The notes beneath the pieces were generated by a model. It was not told the DNA's origin. It worked only from the letters and a program-made list of their open reading frames with translations, and ran no database searches. This document shows positions 36,714-46,560 of a stretch of DNA of 64,000 nt, piece after piece (within the stretch, counting starts at the first letter, position 1; the number at the start of each line of letters is the position of its first letter). The position numbers and the translations under genes were made by a program. This DNA is from Podarcis pityusensis (lineage: Eukaryota), in NCBI GenBank assembly GCA_964106645.2, contig OZ067043.1. One strand, given 5' to 3'.

Positions 36714-39385
36714 GTAAACAGCAGTTAAGGAAAAGACAATTTTGCCAAGCTTTGAGGGTTCAAAAACTAGTAATAGTTATAGAACACATTTCAAGAGTTC
36801 AAAATGCTTCAGATACATTCACAGGAACCTTAAAAGAGCCCCGTAAGGTTTTTCAGTATCATGTAGTATCTTATGCAGCTGGGGGTGAAGAGAGAATCAC
36901 TAAAGCTGACTAGTTTCACAAATGGCTGAAGTTGAATTTGAAGAGAGGACTTTCTGACTCAAACCTTACTCTTTCCCACTACATAGCACAGAGCTTAGAG
37001 AAGCCTCAAGCAGATTGAAAAATCTTAGTGGTTGATTAGAGAATGCTATATCTAATAAGCAAAGAAAAATTAACACATCTCAAGAGATATAAAAAAAACA
37101 GCCAGCCTGTTGACAATGCAGAACAGTATTTTAATTAGACCCGATCTGGTTTTGGAAATGGGGGGGGGGGGGTTTCCTTTCTTGATTACTTCCTGGAACC
37201 CATTTAAACAGTGTAATTCTTAGAAACTGTTTCTTCTATAAATGAGACAAATCACTAATTTCCTGATCCTATGAAAATTCACCCAGAAATAAGTTGTACT
37301 GTGTTCTCAAGTGAGTGTACTTAAGATTACAAAATGGAACTGAATACCAGTTGCACTATCACTGACTAGATGCAACTGTTTCCATAAAAGGAAAGACCCT
37401 ACTGAATTCATGTACTTCCTCTACTGTTTTAGTCTGACAGGAGGAAGTTAGAAGGCTGTAATGCTTTGCAGACTCCTCCTCCCATGTTCTTCAATTTGAT
37501 GTAACACTGTCAAATGCATGCTTTAGGACTGTGCAGGCAAACAGTGAGAAAAGACACTTATAAAAGTAGATGTGCAAAGCTGCTACCATGTTAAGCCATT
37601 CAGATTATACTATATTAAGCTATTTTTTCCTTTTCAGATATGCCTGAAGCTTATTACAAAATAAGTTCTAATGAAAATAGAACATCTGCCCCATGAACAC
37701 TTATCTCTTACTAAAGCTATCCACAGACTAATGCAATTCTTACAAGTAGACCCACTGAATATGGCTAAACATTTTTAGCTGATTAACAATCTCATTTTTC
37801 AGTATTAAATTGTACTACACTACAGTATCATGATATGGGGTATTTTTGAGAATGTTAAAAAATGAGATTCAACTATGCTATGCAGACACATGAATTCACA
37901 GCTTGGAAAACAGATCAAGTAATTTTAACATTATTGAAGAGGTGTTTTCAACAATGCTGTCAACCATGAAACTCTTTCACACACTTTTGAATTAAAAAAA
38001 TCCACGAAGTGATTAAATGATTATAGAGTGTCAATCAAGAAAAAGTTCCAGACCTAACTTTTGACCTGTGGAAAAAAAGAGCAATGAACCCTGAAGGAGG
38101 AGCAGAGTAGTGTGTGTTCAGCAGGAAAACAAGATAAAGCTTTGTGTATTAAAGGTGGAGGAAAGTTAAAATATATGTTCAACCAAAGCTGTTAGTGCCT
38201 TTACTGACTTGTTCTTGCATAAATCACTCTCTGTTTTACACCACAGTTCTTTTTTCTTCCATAGAAATGTTGTGAGGAATAGCATGAACTACAGGACAGC
38301 ATGACTGTGAACCTCAACATTACAGTCTGCTGAAACAATGGCTACATTGAGATGCCTTCATGCTCAGAGCCAGTGTGGTTTAAAATGGTCTCTCAATGCT
38401 CCTTTGTCAGATTAAAGCATATACAGATATATTAATTGTTTGCAGTTGTACAGAATGGGTCTGAAATGTTAAAAGTTCAAATGTCAGCTAGGTTCCCTTT
38501 ATACCCCGCCTACAAAGCATCTGTGTGAAATGTGGGTGAAAAATACAACCAGCCCATAACTGTGGGCCTTACTTCCAAGTAAACACACATGATTAAAAAC
38601 CAAGATGCAGTCTTGTGTGCTGTTACACAAGAGAAAGCCCCACGGAAAACAGTAAGGTTTTCTTCCAACAAGCAAGATTGTCTCTCAGCCTAACCTGAAC
38701 AGTAAGAGGTGTTCAACAGTGGAGGATTCAATCAGGTGGTGGTGGAATCTCCTTCCGTGGAGGATTTTAAGCAGAGGTTGGACGGCCATCTGCCCTGGAT
38801 GCTTCAGTTGAGACTCCTGCATTGCAGGGAGTTAGACCCCTTGGGGCCCCTTTACAATTCTGTGAAAGGGAGAAGGGTTCGCAAACCCCCCTTAGGGAGT
38901 CAGACGGGGCGAGGGAGGAATTCGAGGGAGGATCTGCTCCCACCGAGCAGGCACCGGCTGCGGGTGTAGCAGAAGCCCCCTCCCCAAAAAACGGTATCCA
39001 TACTGGGGTGTGGGGAGCACAGCCCACGTTCCGGGCTCCTGTCATCCTTTCTCTCCGCCCCGCCCCGCCCCACCTCCTTTGCGGAAGAGATGGAAGATGG
39101 AGAAGCCAAGGGCCTCGGCAGGCAGGCAGGCAGGCAGGCAGGGCGACCCTGCTCCTCAGGGCCGGGGGTTGGGCGACAAGATCCCAGCACTGCTGGGGGT
39201 TGGCCTAGATGACCCCCGAGGTCCCTTCCAGCGGGACCGGAGATGGCAGGGGAGGCGCAGCGCCTGTCCCGGCGCCCAAGGGCCCCTCGCTGCGGGGGGG
39301 GGAGGCACCTCCTCAGCCCGCCCTCCATGGGAAGGGAGAGAGACCCCCCGATCCCCGCGACTCGTTTCTGTCTCCCTCAGGATAT
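36714..39385 (-). other. ARPC5: U12-type (minor spliceosome) AT-AC intron, ARPC5 intron 1
   Basis: 5' splice site ATATCCTG; branch point TTTTCCTTAAC (36724-36734) 10 nt upstream of exon 2; terminal AC; this join gives in-frame RQGN. Confidence 0.95.
38710..38862 (+). mobile_element. Degraded CR1 3' end inside the ARPC5 U12 intron
   Basis: gtggtggaatctccttccgtggaggattttaagcagaggttggacggccatctg. Confidence 0.75.
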
Positions 39386-40170
39386 TGCCTCAGGCACGAG
39401 TCCACCTCGCCCTCGTCGGGGCCCACCTGGCCGTCGCCGCCGTCCTCCTCGTCCACGAACTTGTTCTCGTCGTACTCGTCCACGTCCACCCGGCGGAAGC
39501 GCGCGGAGGAGACCGTGTGCTTGGCCATGGCTGCGCCCGCCTGACTCGCTCGGGCAAAGGAAGGCGGCGGCGGCGGCGGCGGCGAGAGGCGGGACTCCGC
39601 CCCTTCCAGGCGGCGGAAGGACTCACGTCACGGAGGGAGCGGCAGCCAACACCGACACCACGCATGCGCGAGTGGTTTCACCCCACCTCTCCTCCGCTCT
39701 GCGCATGCGGACAATCCACAAAAGGTTAACCGCCATTACGTCATTTCTCCTCCTGCGCGTTTCTTTAAGCTTCTGTGAGAGAGCGACCTTTTCCAGGCCC
39801 TTCTGATTAAAAACCCCCAACAAGCGCTGGGTTTGAAGTCTTAGCGTTGCGCATGCGCGCGCCACCCATTCTAATGAGCATGCGTCAAGTAGCCATTTCC
39901 CTCTCGCCCCCCCGTTACCCGTGAACGAGCACATGCGCAGAACTGCGCGCGCGGCGGGGTGGGGCGATGGGCTGTGGGAGGCAAGTGAGAAGTTGACTGA
40001 CACGTGATCTTTGGCAGGTTCCTATAGCAACGGATGGGCCGGGGATCCCGGCCTGCTAATTCCAGCCGGGGGCCAAAATGTCGCCTGGCTGGTGAGGCGG
40101 GGGGGGGGCTGTTAGGCCTGAGAGAAGCCCCACGGCTGCTCGGAACCAGCGGGCGGTTGGCTCTGATTTT
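38900..40170. promoter_or_regulatory. CpG island; ARPC5 promoter, probably bidirectional
   Basis: Very high GC/CpG content; NRF1-type TGCGCATGCG at 39700 and 39848; CRE-like TCACGTCA 39623 and TTACGTCA 39736; E-box CACGTG 40001; RFX X-box GTTCCTATAGCAAC 40018-40031; (GGC)7 at 39563-39583. Confidence 0.85.
39386..39528 (-). CDS. ARPC5: ARPC5 (Arp2/3 p16-Arc) exon 1
   Basis: [47 protein letters not shown](Q); 143 nt; ends at U12 donor CA|ATATCCTG. Confidence 0.97.
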
Positions 40171-40438
40171 TGCTCAGTGCTCGTAAAACAAAATTGTTAG
40201 ACTTTTGTATCTTCTGACGGGTTTTTTTGTGGTACAACTTTCCCCTTCTAATTCGGATTTCCACCTCATCCTCAAGGTTATGAGGTGGACGCATCGCTTT
40301 TAAAAACAGCAGCCAGTGCATACCCCCAAGTTTAAGTTCTTTATCAAAGTAGGAACAGCAAATAATTATGTAGTGCAGTAAGAGAATAATCAAGCCAGCG
40401 ATAGGATATACCTGTTTGCCTGGGAGTAGGCCTCATTT

Positions 40439-40788
40439 GGGGACGCGGGTGGTGCTGTGGGTTAAACCACTGAGCCTCTTGGGCTTGCCGATCAGAAGGT
40501 CGGCGGTTCGAATCCTTGCCACAGGGTGAGCTCCCGTTGCTCAGTCCCAGCTCCTGCCAACCTAGCAGTTCAAAAGCACGTCAAAGTGCAAGTAGATAAA
40601 TAGGTACCGCTCCAGCGGGAAGGTAAACGGCGTTTCTGTGTTCTCTGGTTTGCCAGAAGCGGCTTAGTCCTGCTGGCCACATGACCTGGAATCTGTACGC
40701 CGGCTCCCTCGGCCAGTAAAGCGAGATGAGCGCCGCAACCCCAGAGTCGGCCACGACTGGACCTAATGGTCAGGGGTCCCTTTACCTT
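40439..40788 (+). mobile_element. Full-length Sauria-type SINE (lacertid POM-like)
   Basis: tRNA-derived head with A-box and B-box (GGTTCGAATCC); (ACCTTT)n tail; 12-bp TSD TAGGCCTCATTT 40427-40438 / 40789-40800. Confidence 0.9.
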
Positions 40789-41018
40789 TAGGCCTCATTT
40801 ATATCTTTGAGGACTTCTGAATAGATATATATAATAATAATAATAATTTATATTTTGTACCCTGCCCACCTGACTGGGTTGTCCCAGCCACTCTGGGCAG
40901 CTTATGACATATATAAAAGCATAATAAAACATCAAACATTAAAAACTTCCCTATACAGGGCTGCCTTCGGGATTGTTTGCAGCAGATTTGTTGCAGCATA
41001 CACTTTCATGGACTGGAT

Positions 41019-41691
41019 CGGGTCGGCAAACTTTTTCAGCAGGGGGCCGGTCCTCTTTCCCTCAGACCTTGTGGGGGGCCGGACTATATTTTGAGTGGGG
41101 GGAAATGAATGAATTCCTATGCACATCAGGCAGGCCCCACAAATAACCCACAGGTGCATTTTAAAAGAACCCATTCCATGCAAGAGCACCAGGCAGGCCA
41201 GATAGTATTGTACATGATAAAAAAAAATTTTAAAAAATTCTTACCTGCACTGATGATAGTCATTGTTTGGATGGGGGGCTCCTCACCTGGGTTTGGTGCT
41301 GCGCTGTGGCCTGCTGGGCCTCCTGCTGCTGGCACCTCTTCCATGCTTCAGGGGTGGGATGGGCCCCCCCCCCCCAGCAGCAGAGGCCAGAGCACCGCTG
41401 TGCAGCCAGTGGGGAGAGCTCCTACCTGTTCTCCCCACCCTCACTCTTTTCCCTCCGCCCGTAAATCTCTCGCCCCCTCCCCTGCCCTGGATGGTGCCTC
41501 TTTTCCCGCCAGTGGCACCTCTGCCTCCTCCTTTTCCTCCTGCACCTCCTGAAGGAGGACTTCACGCAAGAACGTGCGGCGGCTTCCCTCTTTTTTGTCT
41601 TTTTTTCCAGGGAGCTCAGACAGCGGCCGGGCCAGGTTAACGACCCTCGTGGGCTTGATTTGGCCCACGGAGCCTAGTTTGCCGACCTCTG
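41019..41691. mobile_element. Non-autonomous hAT element, same TIR family, opposite orientation
   Basis: GGTCGGCAAAC...GTTTGCCGACCTCTG; TSD GACTGGAT/GACTTGAT. Confidence 0.8.
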
Positions 41692-42352
41692 GACTTGATT
41701 GAACTTCATCAGATGCAAGTTTATCCCAGGAATAGGTATCCACCCACTCCGAACCATTATGCTTGCAAGTACTTTTAATAATTTCAAAGGGAAGTTTGAA
41801 GAGCTACCTGTGATATCCACTAAAAGGCAAGGCGTAGCAAAAAGAAATTGAATTTCCAAATAACTCTGATGATGTCTGGGCTGACTTTAACGTATTTTCT
41901 GGAGACGATAGAAGAATTGAATATTAGTCTTTTACATGCAGCATTTTTGATGATTGGATTAATTTTATTACATTTATATCCCAGCTTTCTGTTGGCAGGT
42001 ACAAGTTTACAGCCAAAACTGCATAGAACAATGACAACAAATCAGCACAAAATAATTATTATAAAGGAAATATCCTTAAGATGAAAAGTTGTCTTAATAC
42101 TCTAACAGAAAATGGAGGATGACGCTGTCCAGTAGCCACACTGACTAGCAGGATTGCCTTAGTCTCTTCATTCAGCTGCTCGAAGTTGGTGTTTCCTATG
42201 CTGGCATAATAGCCACAGTACATATGAAAAACATACGTATAAGCATTTGAGCTGCTTACACGCTGAGTGAATTATCAGCCCTGCATTCAGTTTTTGAATG
42301 AGGTGAATTGGATCCTGTTTCTGTGCAGTTCATGCTCTTTAGACTTGATACT

Positions 42353-43402
42353 TTAAACCCGTTCAGTAATTCTTTCCGTGTAAACAGATCTTCCGTTTGG
42401 AATTACTTGCAAACGTTTAGCTTTGCTTAATGACTTATCTGGCATTTTTAAGTGTCTGACAATATTTTTAGGTTGTGGGTATAGTGGCTGCTTTCTAAAT
42501 CTGGAAAAAACATCAATGGGAGGTGTTGAATGGGGGGGTGGTATCCTCAGAGGGGGCAATCTACCATTCATCATTGGTGCTGGATGCTGAGAGTCTGAAC
42601 TGGGCAAAAAGTACTTTTGCAGAGATGGCAGAGCAGTAGAGTCTCCATAGCCTGGCTGAGGCAGGGTCTTCATAAAAGGAAATTTCATTCCTGTAATGCT
42701 GCTAATTTGTTGTGCATTTTGTCTGTCAGCCCATACTCTTGCAGGCAAAATTGGATGATGGAGACTTAGGTGTGGTATATTAGTCACAAAACTGTTTAGG
42801 AGGGAATGCCAAAGTCCACCACACAGTGGGCTCAATGTCACCTGAGGCCACATGCTAGCCAGGCTTTGCAGAGCTTCACAGTTCCATGGGGATACTGGGA
42901 AATCCTCCTCTGTGTGGTACAGCTGTGCAAAATAAATGCAGAGTGTAATGTCTTGATACTTCATCAGGAAGTTGTACATTTTGCTTATGCAGCCATGCTC
43001 TGCCTCGTTACAAGGTGAGTAGTTTGAATAAATAATTATGTATCCAGCATTCTCATAATTGTGCACAACTGAATCTAGATAACCGCCTATTTCAAATAAC
43101 ATTGATTCTGGATGAATGTTGTACTCTGTGCAATTTGTAGCATGGCCTTTTTGAATTAATTTCCCTGATGAATGCCTCAATTCATAAAATAGAAGGTGTT
43201 TATTATAGAAAGGCATTGATCTGTATGGGAATCCAAAGGCATCATGAAATTCTACATAAGGAACTCTTGCTTCTTCACCTGTTTTTATGTGATAAGGGCA
43301 CTTGACACAGCTTTGGCTCACGCTTAGCCAGTAATATGGTTTTACTACTGTACCTTTATGTGCTAGGTATTCTTGGCAAAATGGTTCTGTTTCTAGGTTC
43401 AT
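42353..43402 (-). CDS. APOBEC4: APOBEC4, putative C-to-U editing enzyme (single coding exon, 349 aa)
   Basis: MNLETEPFCQEYLAHKGTVVKPYYW...TGEEARV...HPESMLFE...SNYSPCNEAEHGC (HxE and PCx6C zinc motif) ...PKNIVRHL; acceptor tttcag| at 43439/43440 upstream of the ATG. Confidence 0.95.
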   Translation of the reverse strand: MNLETEPFCQEYLAHKGTVVKPYYWLSVSQSCVKCPYHIKTGEEARVPYVEFHDAFGFPYRSMPFYNKHLLFYELRHSSGKLIQKGHATNCTEYNIHPESMLFEIGGYLDSVVHNYENAGYIIIYSNYSPCNEAEHGCISKMYNFLMKYQDITLCIYFAQLYHTEEDFPVSPWNCEALQSLASMWPQVTLSPLCGGLWHSLLNSFVTNIPHLSLHHPILPARVWADRQNAQQISSITGMKFPFMKTLPQPGYGDSTALPSLQKYFLPSSDSQHPAPMMNGRLPPLRIPPPHSTPPIDVFSRFRKQPLYPQPKNIVRHLKMPDKSLSKAKRLQVIPNGRSVYTERITERV

Positions 43403-43610
43403 AGTGTATGGAAATATTGCTCCTGTAAGTTGGACAATCCTGAAACACAAAATAAATAAATTCCTAGTTAGTTATTTCCCCCCCTTATTTGGAATCTTTG
43501 AAGTTAAGTTCCATGGTTGGAAGCCGTGGAAGGCGAAGTAATTTACATTTGTAATATACGTATATCCTAAGAAAGCCACTAGGGTTGCCACCCAGCGAGA
43601 CTGACCAGAA

Positions 43611-44264
43611 CAGGGGTCGGCAAACTACGGTCCGCGGGCCAGATCTGGCCCAATTGCCCTCAGGATCTGGCCTGCGGACATTCCGTGGATCGGCGGTTCT
43701 GTTTGTTCATTTTTTCCCCGTTCAGTTTTTTTTGGCACCACCCTTTTTTCGGGTGCCATTCCCACCCACCCACCGCGGCGCCTCCTCTTCTCCGCACCCT
43801 TCTCCCCGCCCTGCGTAGTGGAGGAAGTGGGCTGGGCTGAGCTGGCTGAGCGCCATTTTGGGCAGCGCCTCTCTGGAGCCAGCTAGCCCTTTTGGGCTGC
43901 TCATCCCTCCGCCGCCACCGACAGCCTCTGCCGCTTGCAAGGGCAGGCACAGGAGCAGCGGTTGGCAGAGCACAGCGCAGCATCTCTCCCAACTGCGGCT
44001 CCTGTGCCTGTCCTTGCGAGCGGCGGCGGCAGCGGCAGTGGGACGAGCAGCCTGAAAGCAGCCCTCGCAAGGGCACAGGAGCCGCAGTTGGGAGAACGCA
44101 GTACGGACAGCAGCATAGGTAGGCAGGGGGAGGGGCTGGGGGGAGAGGGGGAGAGAGAGAAGCCCCCTCCGCCGTGCGCGCCCGCGTGTGTGCACTGTCT
44201 GGCACGCCACAAGGTCTGGGGGACAATGAACTGACCCCCTCCAAAAAAAGTTTGCTGACCCCTG
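43611..44264. mobile_element. Non-autonomous hAT element, same TIR family
   Basis: CAGGGGTCGGCAAAC...GTTTGCTGACCCCTG; perfect 8-bp TSD GACCAGAA. Confidence 0.9.
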
Positions 44265-44622
44265 GACCAGAATTTTACCCTCTGGGCTAGTTGCTAGAAT
44301 TGGCTATGGTGCCAGAAAAATGGCAGCTGAGCTGTTCTTTTGTTTGGTATAGTGCATTTTTGAGCTTTCTTTCTCATGTAATACTAAAATATGATATGGA
44401 AGATGGTAGCCACATATTTAGTGCAATGCACAAACATGTAAAGGCTGTGCATTTTTATGAATATCAGTGTATGCACACTGTGCTACCTCATAGAAGACCA
44501 CAGAGGTATGTGGCATCATTTTCAAGGGGCATTCAGTGCAACAACCTGCATGTTTTTGTCATCTTCCCAGCAGATCTCCTAACAAGGCCAATTAATACTT
44601 GGGCCTCTCACTGCCTGCTGCC

Positions 44623-45113
44623 TGTAATGAGCACTGAGGTTTTGCAGGAAGCAGGCCCTGAGCACTCTGAGGATTTGTGGGAGCCAGACCCTGGCTGTGC
44701 CAACCTTATATGAATCAGGCGCAGGCCAGCAAGCACGGTCAGGTGACAAGATGCACTGCAGCTGGGAGCAAGCCCAGGAGAGCTAGATCAGGCCTGTGTT
44801 TCACTTTTGGTCTTTGCCACAGCAACTTGGTCTTTTGTTGAGCTCCCGTGACCCTGCATTGTGACCTTGCCTGGCTGGACTTCTTACCCACCCTGACTCT
44901 GGTACGCTTCTGGACTTCCTCTTGCCTCTGACCCTTATTTGACTTGCTGCTGCTTCCTGACCATGGGCCCACCAATTGGACTGCCTCTTGCCCCTGCTCC
45001 CTCCGTTGGACTTCACTTTGACTACTCGGACTGCCTCTGCTACCAGCACCAGCACCCGTACCCGTCTCAGCGTTCCAGCCCAGGACTCTTGCCGCTCACG
45101 CCCCGGAATGTCA
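44623..45113 (+). mobile_element. Possible solo LTR
   Basis: TG...CA ends and repeated (g)gact pyrimidine-rich motifs; flanking 5-mers match only 3/5. Confidence 0.3.
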
Positions 45114-46285
45114 CTCTCTGAGCTGGTGTGGAGCCACTGTCACCTTTGGTAGGGTGACTTATGGTGAAGCACTGAAGTACAGATTTGATGGTATATCCAG
45201 ATAGTCTTCGGATAAATGAAGCACTTATTTCCTAAAGGAAGGGCATTCAGGGAAACGTTGTTACTCAGTTCTTATTTGAAAAATTGTCTTCCAATGGAGG
45301 AAAAAGAACTCTGCATATATTCAACGAAACTCAGCTTTAAATGCCAGAGTTATTCATACTGCAGCAGCTCTTCCAGATATTTTATATCCGAGGCACACTT
45401 TTTCAGCATCTAAAATTCTTAAATTCATTCTGCAATAATAGGTAGGTATTTTATGTTAAAGGTAAGGTAGGCAGCTAAATCTGCAGGCAGGTATACTCCA
45501 TACTGATGGAGCAGCAGTTAAAAGTTCCTACCTTTCCCCACCCAGTTGGGGCTCTGGGATGGGGCTGTGCTTTCTGGCAGTGCTGATGCTTCTTAAGAAT
45601 CATTTGTGCTATATTTTCGGCTAAAGTTCTTGTTTTATCATGGGGTCCAGTGCATCCTTATTCCCTAAATGGAGGTGACATTGTTTCCCATCTTGGTGAG
45701 GAGAAAGGAATTAGTGATGCTTGGGGCCTCTGCTCCGACAGACATAGAATAGCAGGAGCATCCGAAATGGTGGATTAGTTTTCAATGTGTACCTCTGTCC
45801 TTGCTTCACACTAGTGTGCACATATTTTTGCTCTAATAAGTGGTAAAAAGAGGTTTGTAGCTTCTTCGGCAGAGAAATGAGTTCTTTCAAGCAATTTGAC
45901 TTGCCAGATTGTGCCTTTTGAGGCAAGACAGGTAACATTTGCTTATGTTTGTGGGATTCATCAGGGAAAATATGGGGGATATTGTATCCTTCCCCCACCC
46001 CCTCTTGTGTGAGAAAGGCTGGGCTGCTGATTTTGAGCGACAAAGGATTAAATAGCCTATTCCACTCTGTGCTACCTGAAACCACCCAACTATTTTCCCC
46101 CTTCTTTTTAAAATGCAAACATGGGATTAGCCATATCCTGCTCTTCAGAAATAGCCACAAAATGGTAAAATCATGCAATAAAAGCATTGCTTCCTTCCCA
46201 GAAATGAGATAAGATATGCTTTGCATTGCAGAAGCTTAGCATAATCTGTTACATTCTTAAGATTTAATAACTGAGCTGTACTTAC

Positions 46286-46560
46286 CGTCAGTGTTCTCAA
46301 GTCCCAATTGCCAGTAATAAGCACAGCCTTACTTGAATTGTTCTGCTGTTTTCTATTGTAAATAATGTAAAAAATGTTTCCCTATGATCAACCTTTCACT
46401 TTGAAAGAAAATAAGCTATTTTTCTTCCTCATTTGCTTCTGGTACATACGATTGCCGTTTGATCACTTTTATATTGTTGCAGCGAGGAGTTTCAGTTGCT
46501 CAGCAAAGGAACATGGTTGTACTGTCAGTTTCAAGTGCTAAGATACCTAGCTGTAAACAT
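46286..46560 (-). promoter_or_regulatory. Candidate APOBEC4 non-coding first exon and promoter
   Basis: Strong minus-strand donor CG|GTAAGT at 46286/46285; nearby X-box-like GTTGCTCAGCAAA (46495-46507) and forkhead GTAAACA (46553-46559). Confidence 0.35.

Noticed and set aside
39313-39385. ARPC5 exon 1 ORF continuation (YPEGDRNES...)
   Set aside because: Read-through into the U12 intron, not coding.
38709-40003. Many overlapping 90-240 aa ORFs around ARPC5 exon 1
   Set aside because: Expected from stop-codon depletion in a CpG island; low-complexity R/G/P/A content; only the ARPC5 frame is recognisable.
43403-43450. 16-aa N-terminal extension of APOBEC4 in the ORF track
   Set aside because: Starts at a non-ATG codon inside the intron and crosses the splice acceptor at 43439/43440; the first ATG is at 43402.
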